Below are positions 1 to 7,859 of a stretch of 49,248 nt of DNA, piece after piece (positions within the stretch are counted from its first letter, which is position 1; the number at the start of each line of letters is the position of its first letter). A program made the translations under genes and the position numbers. The notes beneath the pieces were generated by a model. That model was not told where the DNA came from. It saw only the letters and a program-made list of their open reading frames with translations, and ran no database searches. This DNA is from Anaerovoracaceae bacterium (GTDB lineage Bacteria; Bacillota; Clostridia; Peptostreptococcales; Anaerovoracaceae), in contig JBHAFL010000122.1 of the NCBI GenBank assembly GCA_041856085.1, positions 1-49,248 on the forward strand, read 5' to 3'.

Positions 1-1
1 A

Positions 2-865
2 TACCTTGATACGACGTTAAATCAGGCAACCGTATATAACATAACGGTTTCCTCTTCCGCCGGGGGAATGCTCGGATCTGATAAATCGAAAGCTGCGAAA
101 GGAGAAACCGTGAATCTCACCGTAACCCCTTATTCGGGCTATCGTTTCAAAAGCTGGGAAAAGACTCCTGCAAGCCTCGATATAAAGAGCGACAATACAT
201 TCATTATGCCGGACGAGAATGTAACAATTAAAGCTATATTTGAGAAAAAACCTGTTACCCCGCCGAGCGGTGGCGGAGGCGGAGGCATAGTGCTTCCTCC
301 TGCTGTCGAAAACGAAGAGGTTAAGGCTGCTAAGGAAGCTGCGGCAAAGGCTGTAACGGAGCTCCTTAAGGCTGAGACATTCTCGGGCGAAGAGCAGAAA
401 AAATCGGAGGAGATTAAGAAGAGCTTCGACGATAAGCTCGCTAAGGCTGCTACGGTAGACGAAGTCAAGAAGCTTCAGGAAGAAACAGTTGCTGCAATAA
501 ACGCACTCTGGTCGGACGGAGAAATCTCGCTTAAAGCTAAGGTAGAAGCAATCGGCAGGACAGATTTAATCGCCAAGTCCAAGGTGGTTAAGACCAAGAG
601 CGGAGCTAAGGCTGTAAGGATAAGCTGGAACAAGGTAGAGGGGCTCGACTTCGACGGCTACGAAATCTACAGGTCAACGAGCAGGACGAAGTTCGGCAAT
701 ACTCCTTTTAAGACGGCAGAGGGAGCTAAGACAAGCTACCTTAACACTAAGAACCTGAGAAAGGGCAAGACCTACTACTATAAGCTAAAAGCGTTCAAGA
801 TGATAAACGGAGAGAAAGTCTACACTGACTTCTCGACAAGGACTTGGAAGACGCCTAAGAAGTAG
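2..865 (+). CDS. Cell-surface repeat protein, C-terminal part (5'-partial at the window edge)
   Basis: Frame 2 has no stop between position 2 and the listed ATG at 68, so the ORF continues off the window. It shows a repeat module (GETVNLTVTPYSGYRFKSW...VTIKAIF), a PPSGGGGGG linker, an Ala/Lys/Glu-rich helical stretch and an Fn3-like end (ISWNKVEGLDFDGYEIYRS...YYYKLKAF). Confidence 0.6.
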   Translation, partial: YLDTTLNQATVYNITVSSSAGGMLGSDKSKAAKGETVNLTVTPYSGYRFKSWEKTPASLDIKSDNTFIMPDENVTIKAIFEKKPVTPPSGGGGGGIVLPPAVENEEVKAAKEAAAKAVTELLKAETFSGEEQKKSEEIKKSFDDKLAKAATVDEVKKLQEETVAAINALWSDGEISLKAKVEAIGRTDLIAKSKVVKTKSGAKAVRISWNKVEGLDFDGYEIYRSTSRTKFGNTPFKTAEGAKTSYLNTKNLRKGKTYYYKLKAFKMINGEKVYTDFSTRTWKTPKK

Positions 866-957
866 AGGCTATGCGAAGCGATAACGAGTTGGAACAGTGC
901 GAAGCACACAGCTAAAAAATACGGATAAGCATATTATTCGCAGAGACGTTAAAAAAA

Positions 958-997
958 GCAGGCACGCTGTGAAAATGCAGAGTGCCTGCCCTTTTAT
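958..997 (+). terminator. Rho-independent terminator after the surface-protein gene
   Basis: The GCAGGCAC (958-965) / GTGCCTGC (982-989) stem is followed by CCTTTTAT. Confidence 0.7.
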
Positions 998-1138
998 ATT
1001 GTCAATAAATTTTTTCATATACATAAACCGCTTTTTCGTGTAAAATACATAGTAACGCAGAGTCTGAAAAACGCATTTTTTGTCATATCGGGGTTTAAGC
1101 CATAGCTAAGCCCTCAAATCAAAACCTTTAATTCATAA

Positions 1139-1372
1139 ATATCAGACCAAGAGGAGGCTTGGGCTCCTTATGTGAGGAGCGCTGTCATCTTCGGAAGATG
1201 TCGCTTGATTGCGGACAGGGAACTTTCGCTTGAGCTTCTCAAGAAATTCGCAATGAAATATTATCCGAGCGAGGAGCTTGTTATGGAAGAAATCGCTGTT
1301 GGCGGTAAAGCTGCGCAGATGTTTGAAATAAAGATAGAACACCTCAGCGGCAAAGAAGTGCAGGAAAAATAA
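1139..1372 (+). pseudogene. 3' remnant of an FMN-binding split-barrel (pyridoxamine-5'-phosphate-oxidase/Nim-like) gene
   Basis: The reading frame opens right after TAA at 1136-1138. The tail SAVIFGRCRLIADRELSLELLKKFAMKYYP...FEIKIEHLSGK resembles only the C-terminal half of a ~150-aa family member. The ~270 bp upstream is AT-rich and full of stops in all frames. Confidence 0.45.
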
Positions 1373-1409
1373 ATCCGAGCCGCCTGAAAAGTCCAAGGAG
1401 GAAAACGAA

Positions 1410-2600
1410 TTGAAATCAGAACCCGTTGTCGTATCTCTTCTCGATACCGACCTGTATAAGTTTAATATGAATCAGGTCATATTTCACAAGCATACTAATT
1501 TAATAGGCGAATACCATTTTAGGTGCAGGAATGAGGGCATTATCTTTACCGAGGAGATGCTCGCAGAGATAAACGAGCAGATTGACCATCTGTGCAGCCT
1601 GCGTTTCACTAAGGAAGAGCTTGACTACCTCGGCAGTATCCGCTTCATCAAGCCCGACTATGTAGAGTTTCTCAGGCTGTGGCATCCGCTTAGAGACTAT
1701 GTTGAGACTTCGTTAAATGACGGTGTGCTCAGCGTCACGGTGAAAGGCCCTATGTTCTCCGCAATGCAATTCGAAATCTATCTCCTTGAGATAATAAACG
1801 AGGTGTATTTCAGATTTACCTATGACTATGATGAACTCCTCAAGTCCGCTAATGAGCGCCTCGAGCAAAAAATCCTCGACTTCAATTCAGGCAGATATAA
1901 CTTCAGGTTCGCCGAATTCGGCTGCCGCCGCCGCCTGTCCCGCGAGTTCGAAGAAATCGCAATAAGGGAGCTGTCCAAGCGCACGATTAATATGGTCGGT
2001 ACCTCGAATGTGTTTTTTGCTAAAAATTTCGGGCTGACCCCTATAGGTACTTACGCTCACGAATATGTCCAGATGTATCAGGGAATCGACCGAATCCCGC
2101 TCGCCTATACGAACCACTACGCTATGACGGACTGGTACGACGAATACCTCGGCGACAACGGCACCGCACTTTCGGATACGCTGACTACAGAGCTTTTTTT
2201 AAGGGATTTTAACCGCAGTATGGTTAATAACTACACAGGCGTGCGCCACGACTCCGGCGACCCGTTCGAATGGGGTGACGAAATCATCGCCCATTTCAAA
2301 AAATTCGGGGTCGACCCTATGACTAAAATGCTTCTTTTCAGCGACGGTCTTGACTTCGACAGGGCGCAGGAGATATTCGACTACTTTAAGGACAAGGCTA
2401 AGGTCAGCTTCGGAATCGGTACTTTCGTTTCGAACGACACCTTTGCACCCGCTCTGAACATCGTAATTAAACTGCAATATGTGAACGGCAGACCCGTAGC
2501 TAAGCTCTCGGACGCAGGCGGGAAGACCATGTGCGACGACGAGGGCTATCTCGACTATCTCAGAAAAGCCGTCCTGTTTAGATTAGAGCGCGAAAAGTAA
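1410..2600 (+). CDS. pncB: Nicotinate phosphoribosyltransferase
   Basis: TTG start sits 8 nt after AAGGAGG (1395-1401). The N-terminus SLLDTDLYKFNM and the overall 396-aa sequence are typical of the PncB/NAPRTase family. Confidence 0.9.
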   Translation: MKSEPVVVSLLDTDLYKFNMNQVIFHKHTNLIGEYHFRCRNEGIIFTEEMLAEINEQIDHLCSLRFTKEELDYLGSIRFIKPDYVEFLRLWHPLRDYVETSLNDGVLSVTVKGPMFSAMQFEIYLLEIINEVYFRFTYDYDELLKSANERLEQKILDFNSGRYNFRFAEFGCRRRLSREFEEIAIRELSKRTINMVGTSNVFFAKNFGLTPIGTYAHEYVQMYQGIDRIPLAYTNHYAMTDWYDEYLGDNGTALSDTLTTELFLRDFNRSMVNNYTGVRHDSGDPFEWGDEIIAHFKKFGVDPMTKMLLFSDGLDFDRAQEIFDYFKDKAKVSFGIGTFVSNDTFAPALNIVIKLQYVNGRPVAKLSDAGGKTMCDDEGYLDYLRKAVLFRLEREK

Positions 2601-2763
2601 CATAGCTCCCCTGATTATTGTCGGTGAATAAATATAATATTACTGCATTCCCGCAGGTCAAAACTCCTTTTTTATTTTTATAAAAAGTCTGAAATCAGCT
2701 GTTCGTCCGCAGGGTGAAAGCATAAAAGTCCCGTTATTGCTATATGTGAAAGGATAATACGAA

Positions 2764-3180
2764 ATGAATATAGGCGATACATATGAAATAAAAGAAACCG
2801 TCTCCGCCAAAAACACTGCCGCGGCGCTCGGCAGCGGCGGACTTGCCATCTTCGGCACGCCGTATCTGGCGGCTCTTATGGAGACCGCCGCTTTCAGGTA
2901 TCTCGAAGACGTGCTTCCCGACGACAAAAGCTCTGTCGGAACTGTAGTTAAGGTGAATCACACCTCACCTACTCCGATAGGAATGGAGGTTATCATCAAG
3001 GTTAGGCTCGTCTCCGTTTCAGAGAACGGTAAGCTCATCGACTTCGAAATGGAAGCGTTCGATGAGGTCGGCTCGATAGGAAACGGTACGCACCAGAGAG
3101 CCGTGATTTCTACCGAAAAGTTCCTCGAAAAGTGCTATTTAAAGTTACAGAACAAAGTTACGGTAAACGGTAATGATTGA
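2764..3180 (+). CDS. Hotdog-fold thioesterase family protein (FlK-like)
   Basis: The 138-aa protein has the pattern GTPYLAALMETAA...VGTVVKVNHTSPTPIGMEV...GTHQRAVI, typical of small acyl-CoA thioesterases. Confidence 0.65.
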   Translation: MNIGDTYEIKETVSAKNTAAALGSGGLAIFGTPYLAALMETAAFRYLEDVLPDDKSSVGTVVKVNHTSPTPIGMEVIIKVRLVSVSENGKLIDFEMEAFDEVGSIGNGTHQRAVISTEKFLEKCYLKLQNKVTVNGND

Positions 3181-3961
3181 CACAAGCCTTTGCTACATCG
3201 AGCGTGACGGTCAATACCTTATGCTCCACAGGACAAAAAAAGCCAACGACTTAAACGAGGGCAAGTGGATAGGTGTAGGGGGCAAAAGAGAGGACTTCGA
3301 ATCAATAAACGAGTGCCTCTTAAGAGAGGTATATGAAGAGACGGGACTGCATTTGACCAAGTTCGAGCCAAGAGCAATCATATATTTTCACTCCGACAAA
3401 TGGGAAGATGAGAAAATGTTCCTCTATACTGCGACGGAGTTCAACTTGGACGACGGAAGAACCGAAAAGGACTTCGCGTATAATGCCGATATTCCTCTTT
3501 TTTCTTGCAGCGAGGGTGAACTGAGATGGATAAGTAAAGAGGACATATTGTCTCTCAATATATGGGAAGCCGACAGATTCTTTATCGAGAAGCTTTTAGA
3601 GGACGCGCCGTTCTTTTTTATGGGAGCGGAGTACAGAGGCGATGAAATGGTTGATTTCTTCGTAGGTGCGAATAACTTCGCGGACAAGGTATATCAGGAG
3701 GTAGCCAGAATTCCTAAGGGCAAGGTTTCCACGTATTCCGACATCGCCGCGCTAATCGGTCATCCCGGTGCGCAGAGGGCTGTCGGCAATGCTCTTCACA
3801 AGAATCCCTACGACGGCTTCATTCCATGTCACCGAGTTGTCAACGCTAAGGGCTTCCCTGCGCCGAATTTTTGCTTCGACGGGCCCGAAGAGCAGCTTAT
3901 CAGGCTGGCTGAGGAGGGTATTAAGATTGAGGACGGTCGCGTCGTACTCGAAGAGCTCTAA
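3173..3961 (+). CDS. NUDIX hydrolase fused to an MGMT-type alkyltransferase DNA-binding/active-site domain
   Basis: A complete NUDIX box is present: G-KREDF-E-SINECLL-REVYEETGL. The C-terminal part (YQEVARIPKGKVSTYSDIA...NPYDGFIPCHRVVNAKG) carries the PCHRV active-site motif. The ATG overlaps the upstream stop. Confidence 0.8.
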   Translation: MIDTSLCYIERDGQYLMLHRTKKANDLNEGKWIGVGGKREDFESINECLLREVYEETGLHLTKFEPRAIIYFHSDKWEDEKMFLYTATEFNLDDGRTEKDFAYNADIPLFSCSEGELRWISKEDILSLNIWEADRFFIEKLLEDAPFFFMGAEYRGDEMVDFFVGANNFADKVYQEVARIPKGKVSTYSDIAALIGHPGAQRAVGNALHKNPYDGFIPCHRVVNAKGFPAPNFCFDGPEEQLIRLAEEGIKIEDGRVVLEEL

Positions 3962-4137
3962 GGCTCATAACAATATTAACTTTATCCCTGTCTGCGTTTT
4001 TTCGTTCAGTTTAGGTGTTTTCCCGTTTTTTAGTTGCCTTTACTTAAATAAAGGCGATTTTCTCTTGATTTTAGCGTTATTTCGGTTTCCCGAGTCACTT
4101 TCGGTTTTTTTATCTTATCGAGAGGCGCATTTTCTTC

Positions 4138-4166
4138 TGTCAATACCGAGCCGATTATGGTATAAT
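4138..4166 (+). promoter_or_regulatory. Candidate extended -10 promoter (TGgTATAAT) immediately upstream of the 4173 start
   Basis: TGGTATAAT lies at 4158-4166, with a weak -35-like TGTCAA at 4138-4143 (17-nt spacer). The ATG at 4173 is only 6 nt past the -10 and has no Shine-Dalgarno sequence. Confidence 0.4.
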
Positions 4167-4172
4167 TCAATT

Positions 4173-5054
4173 ATGAAATTTTTAGCGATTATTTTTATAC
4201 TATGGAATATATCCGTCTTCCTGCTGATGGGTCTGGATAAGAGGTTCGCCATTCGGGGCTCGCGCAGAATCTCCGAAAAAACGCTCCTGAGCGCAGGTTT
4301 TTTGCTCGGCGGCATAGGCGCGACCCTCGGTTCTATTTTTTTTAGACATAAGACCCGAAAGCTCAAGTTCAAGCTGCTTCTGCCTCTCTCTTTGATAGTG
4401 AATATGCTTTTAGTTGTGATTATTCTCAACTTATTTGTCGTCGTTTCAAGTTATCCGGATATCAGGTACATAGTGAGGAGTGATAATTTAATACCCGAGA
4501 CGGCAGCAGTGGATCTCGCGGAGTATGAAGCCGAGTGCGCGCTCGTGCTCGGCTGCGGAGTCTATTCGGACGGCAGCCCGACTCCTATGCTTAAGGACAG
4601 GCTGGACGTGGCGATAGCTCTATATAATAAGGGTATCGTCAATAAACTGCTTCTCTCAGGCGACCACGGGCAGGTCGAATATAACGAAATCGGTTGTATG
4701 TTTAATTACTGCCTCGAGGAAGGACTTCCGAGAGAGGCTCTCTTCTTAGACCACGCAGGTTTTTCGACCTATGACTCGGTTTATCGCGCCCGTGAAATCT
4801 TCGAGGTTAAGCGCATGATAATCGTGACCCAAACCTACCACGAGTTCAGGGCTATATATATCGGCAAGCAGCTTGATATCGACTGCATAGGCGTAGCAAG
4901 CGGCAAAAGGCTGTATGCGGGGACGCTCTATCGTGAAGTCCGTGAAATCCTCGCAAGAAACAAAGATATATTCAAGTCTCTTCTAAGAATGCCTCCTGTG
5001 TTCGGCGGGGATAAAATCCCGATTACAGACTCTGCAGCGCCGAGTCAGCAATAA
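4173..5054 (+). CDS. DUF1294 membrane domain fused to a SanA/YdcF (DUF218) domain protein
   Basis: The long ORF 3768-5054 overlaps the previous gene out of frame, so the internal ATG at 4173 is used. MKFLAIIFILWNISVFLLMGLDKRFAIRGSRRISEKTLL...FRHKTRK is DUF1294-like. VLGCGVYSDGSPTPMLKDRLD...LLLSGDHG...IVTQTYHEFRA is SanA/DUF218-like. Confidence 0.75.
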   Translation: MKFLAIIFILWNISVFLLMGLDKRFAIRGSRRISEKTLLSAGFLLGGIGATLGSIFFRHKTRKLKFKLLLPLSLIVNMLLVVIILNLFVVVSSYPDIRYIVRSDNLIPETAAVDLAEYEAECALVLGCGVYSDGSPTPMLKDRLDVAIALYNKGIVNKLLLSGDHGQVEYNEIGCMFNYCLEEGLPREALFLDHAGFSTYDSVYRAREIFEVKRMIIVTQTYHEFRAIYIGKQLDIDCIGVASGKRLYAGTLYREVREILARNKDIFKSLLRMPPVFGGDKIPITDSAAPSQQ

Positions 5055-5155
5055 AACGGCTTATTTACCGCCTCTTTTAATTCAGCTAATCTTACAATAG
5101 CATTATTTTAAAAATTTATGCTAAAAATCCATCCCCGCGTCGATTTTCATTATAC

Positions 5156-5190
5156 AAAAATCCCTGCGAGATCGGGAATCGCAGGGATCT
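5156..5190. terminator. Hairpin between convergent genes (candidate bidirectional terminator)
   Basis: The TCCCTGCGA (5161-5169) / TCGCAGGGA (5179-5187) stem has an A-run before it and a T-rich tract after it. Confidence 0.55.
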
Positions 5191-5193
5191 ATT

Positions 5194-5760
5194 TCATTTC
5201 CGGCTATCATTTTCAGGCTTATTTCTCACTTCCCACTCCTCACGGGTTATGGAGTACAGCCTGCTGTCCCTATCCGTACCGTCGAATATGTGGTATGCCT
5301 TTCTTAGCGTGCCCTCATATTTGAAGCCGCATTTCTCTATTACTCTCTGCGATCTGAGGTTCACATTAGATGTTCTGATAGCCATAATAACCGGCTCGTA
5401 TTTTTCGAAAGCATAAGTCATTACCGCTTTCGCAGCCTCTGTCATATAGCCCTTGCCCCAGCAGTCAAACGCGAGGGCATAGCCCATCTCAAGCGAGCGT
5501 ACATTCTCTCTCGCGCTGTCCTCATATATGGAGATATTGCCGATTATCCTATTGCTGTCCTTTTCTCTTATAGCCCAGCAGTCCGCGGACGGCATAAATA
5601 TCGTTTCGATAATTTTTCGCGACTCCTCCAAGTCTTTATGCGGCTTCCAGCCTGCGTTAGGTCCGACCTCCGGATGGCTCGCCCATGCGTGAAGCCCCTC
5701 GACGTCCTCCTCGCTGTCGCTCCACGGAGTCAGTCTCAGCCTCTCAGTTTCGATTATCAT
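5194..5760 (-). CDS. GNAT family N-acetyltransferase (RimJ/RimL-like)
   Basis: The internal start MIIETERLRLTPW is chosen because GGGAGG lies upstream at about 5765-5772. Motifs IGNISIY, LEMGYALAFDCWGKGYMTEA and NLRSQRVIEKCGFKYEG fit the family. The start overlaps the rsmA 3' end by 17 nt. Confidence 0.8.
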   Translation of the reverse strand: MIIETERLRLTPWSDSEEDVEGLHAWASHPEVGPNAGWKPHKDLEESRKIIETIFMPSADCWAIREKDSNRIIGNISIYEDSARENVRSLEMGYALAFDCWGKGYMTEAAKAVMTYAFEKYEPVIMAIRTSNVNLRSQRVIEKCGFKYEGTLRKAYHIFDGTDRDSRLYSITREEWEVRNKPENDSRK

Positions 5761-6628
5761 CTGAGCCTCCCGTCCTTTCGTAGATTTTATCTGCAAGCGC
5801 CGCGAACTCCGCAATGCTCAGAGTTTCAGCCCTGCGAGTCCTGTCTATTCCCGCCGAGTCGAGCGCCGCACCTGCGGTTTCCTTATCCATTCCTCCAACC
5901 CCTGTAATCGAATTAAACAGTGTCTTTCTTCGCTGTCCGAAGCCCGCCTTGACTACCTCAAAAAACAGCTTCATGCTTTTCACGTTAACGGGCTTTTCTT
6001 TATAGATATTAAGCCTCAGCACCGAACTGTCCACCTGCGGCATAGGAATGAACACCGTCTTAGGAACCTTTCTTATATCGGTAACACTGCAAAAAAACTG
6101 AACCGCAACAGAAATCGCGCCGTAGTCCTTAGAGTCCGGCGCCGCTTTGATTCTGTCCGCAACTTCTTTTTGAATCATTATCGTAATGGATTCCGCCGGT
6201 ACTCCCTCCTCCAGTATCTTCATCACTATCGGGGTGGTGATATAGTACGGCAGGTTGCCTATTATCCTCACCTTGCCGGTATGATTCTCTTTTTCGACGA
6301 GAGCCTTAATATCGGTTTTAAGAATATCCGCGTTTATAAGCTCGACATTGTCACAATCCTCAAGCGTCTCCTCAAGAATCGGTATCAAGCTCTTATCAAT
6401 CTCTACCGCGATTACCTTTTTTGCCCTGAGCGCGGCTTCTCTCGTGATTGTGCCGATTCCCGGCCCGATTTCGATTACGAGATCCCCCTCTTCAACCGAC
6501 GACGAAGCCACGATATCCTCGATTACATTCTTATCAATCAAAAAATTCTGACCCAAGCTCTTAGTGAATCTGAACCCGTATTTTTTTTTAAGCTCTGCTA
6601 TTGTCGATGGTTGATATAGCTTCATCAA
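5744..6628 (-). CDS. rsmA: 16S rRNA (adenine1518/1519-N6)-dimethyltransferase
   Basis: The KSLGQNFL motif, the SAM-binding VIEIGPGIGTIT motif and the full-length KsgA pattern are present. Confidence 0.92.
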   Translation of the reverse strand: MMKLYQPSTIAELKKKYGFRFTKSLGQNFLIDKNVIEDIVASSSVEEGDLVIEIGPGIGTITREAALRAKKVIAVEIDKSLIPILEETLEDCDNVELINADILKTDIKALVEKENHTGKVRIIGNLPYYITTPIVMKILEEGVPAESITIMIQKEVADRIKAAPDSKDYGAISVAVQFFCSVTDIRKVPKTVFIPMPQVDSSVLRLNIYKEKPVNVKSMKLFFEVVKAGFGQRRKTLFNSITGVGGMDKETAGAALDSAGIDRTRRAETLSIAEFAALADKIYERTGGSDDNRN

Positions 6629-7160
6629 ATTCCTCTTTACTGATTCCGAATCTGTTTAATTTAGTTAAAAATGACTTAACATTGCCGTATCCTATGCCGA
6701 GTATCCTCCCCAGGCTCTCTCTTCGCTCTTTTGAGCCCTCGTTTCCCGAAAGCCCTGCATTTTCAAGGCTTTCTATGGTAAACATAAATCGATTACGATC
6801 GCCATCATCGTCATTCATACCCCTTCGAGCCTTTCGAATCGCGTACTTTATGACCTCGGGGGAGGCGTTTTCGACACCTATATCGCCCTTTTTTGTCGCG
6901 TCGTCCCTTGAGATGTACGCGTGAAGAGCCTCAGGAAAGCTTGCCTTAAGCTTACGCCTTATCTCTTCGCCCGAATAATCGGGATCCGTGAATATTATGA
7001 TACCGATTTCGCGATATGCTTTTTCTATCAGCTCCATCGTTTCTTTTTTTATACCGAAGCCGTGCGTCTCTATCGTGAGGCAATCAAGAGCTCTAAGCAC
7101 GTTTATGGTGTCATCTCTTCCCTCTACTATTACGGCTTCCTTTATCCTAAGGCGCTCCAT
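6588..7160 (-). CDS. rnmV: Ribonuclease M5 (Toprim domain)
   Basis: VIVEGRDDT, FTDPDYSGEEIR and DIGVENASPE motifs are present. The rnmV-rsmA adjacency is classical. Confidence 0.88.
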   Translation of the reverse strand: MERLRIKEAVIVEGRDDTINVLRALDCLTIETHGFGIKKETMELIEKAYREIGIIIFTDPDYSGEEIRRKLKASFPEALHAYISRDDATKKGDIGVENASPEVIKYAIRKARRGMNDDDGDRNRFMFTIESLENAGLSGNEGSKERRESLGRILGIGYGNVKSFLTKLNRFGISKEEFDEAISTIDNSRA

Positions 7161-7259
7161 ACGCTCCTCTCCGTTTTTTCAGACTGTGCGTTATCGCATA
7201 TATATTGCTTAATTTCTCTTCGCCTGCTCTCCGTACTAATCATTAGCGCCCTCTTCGGT

Positions 7260-7718
7260 CTATTCGCCATTTTCGTTCTCGCTCGATTCCGACTCGCCGC
7301 TATTTTTTGCATCATCGTTTGCAGCTTCAGTATCTGCTTTCGGAGATGTCTCTTTCTCCTCGGCGTTATCTTCGCCGTCGGCGCTTCCCTCCGCTTCCTC
7401 GCTGTCCCTTAAGTTAGGCAGCACGAACATCAGCTCTCCCTGCTTGACAAGCTTGAGGTTTCGCCTCGCAAGTCTCTCTATAAACTCGGGAGAGTTGATG
7501 GCTTCAAGCTGCTGGTTAAGATTCTCGATTTCCTCTTTCAGCTGTTTGTTTTTTTCCTCCACCCTCGCTTTTTCGGTATTAAGATGAATTATCTTAATAC
7601 CTGAAAAAACGAAATATGCGACTACAATCAGAACTGCCGCTAAAATAAGCAGTTTTGAGCGATTCAATTTTTTTCTCTTTTTCTGAAATTCAGAGATTTC
7701 TCCCCTTTTTTTAGCCAT
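7260..7718 (-). CDS. Septum formation initiator family protein (FtsB/DivIC-like) with an acidic C-terminal tail
   Basis: The order is a basic N-terminus, one TM helix (LLILAAVLIVVAYFVF), a coiled coil (EEKNKQLKEEIENLNQQLE) and then PEFIERLARRNLKLVKQGE. Confidence 0.75.
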   Translation of the reverse strand: MAKKRGEISEFQKKRKKLNRSKLLILAAVLIVVAYFVFSGIKIIHLNTEKARVEEKNKQLKEEIENLNQQLEAINSPEFIERLARRNLKLVKQGELMFVLPNLRDSEEAEGSADGEDNAEEKETSPKADTEAANDDAKNSGESESSENENGE

Positions 7719-7796
7719 AGTACTTCCTTATGCTCAAGCCTCTCGTGAAAGCCCACGCGATATTCCGCGGCAGGCGTTCCCGGACATTTTATACTC

Positions 7797-7838
7797 TAAC
7801 CGTTCGGGGGTTTCCGGTTCGGAAGCCCCGAACGGTTA
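7797..7838. terminator. 13-bp perfect hairpin just downstream of the M23 peptidase gene
   Basis: TAACCGTTCGGGG (7797-7809) pairs with CCCCGAACGGTTA (7826-7838). The T-run lies only on the plus-strand side, so its role as a minus-strand terminator is uncertain. Confidence 0.4.
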
Positions 7839-7859
7839 TTTCTGATTTTTTCAGTTTGC

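Noticed and set aside
3768-4172. N-terminal 135 codons of the listed 428-aa ORF
   Set aside because: This part overlaps the NUDIX-alkyltransferase gene out of frame and then crosses a T-rich non-coding spacer. The DUF1294 domain begins at the ATG at 4173.
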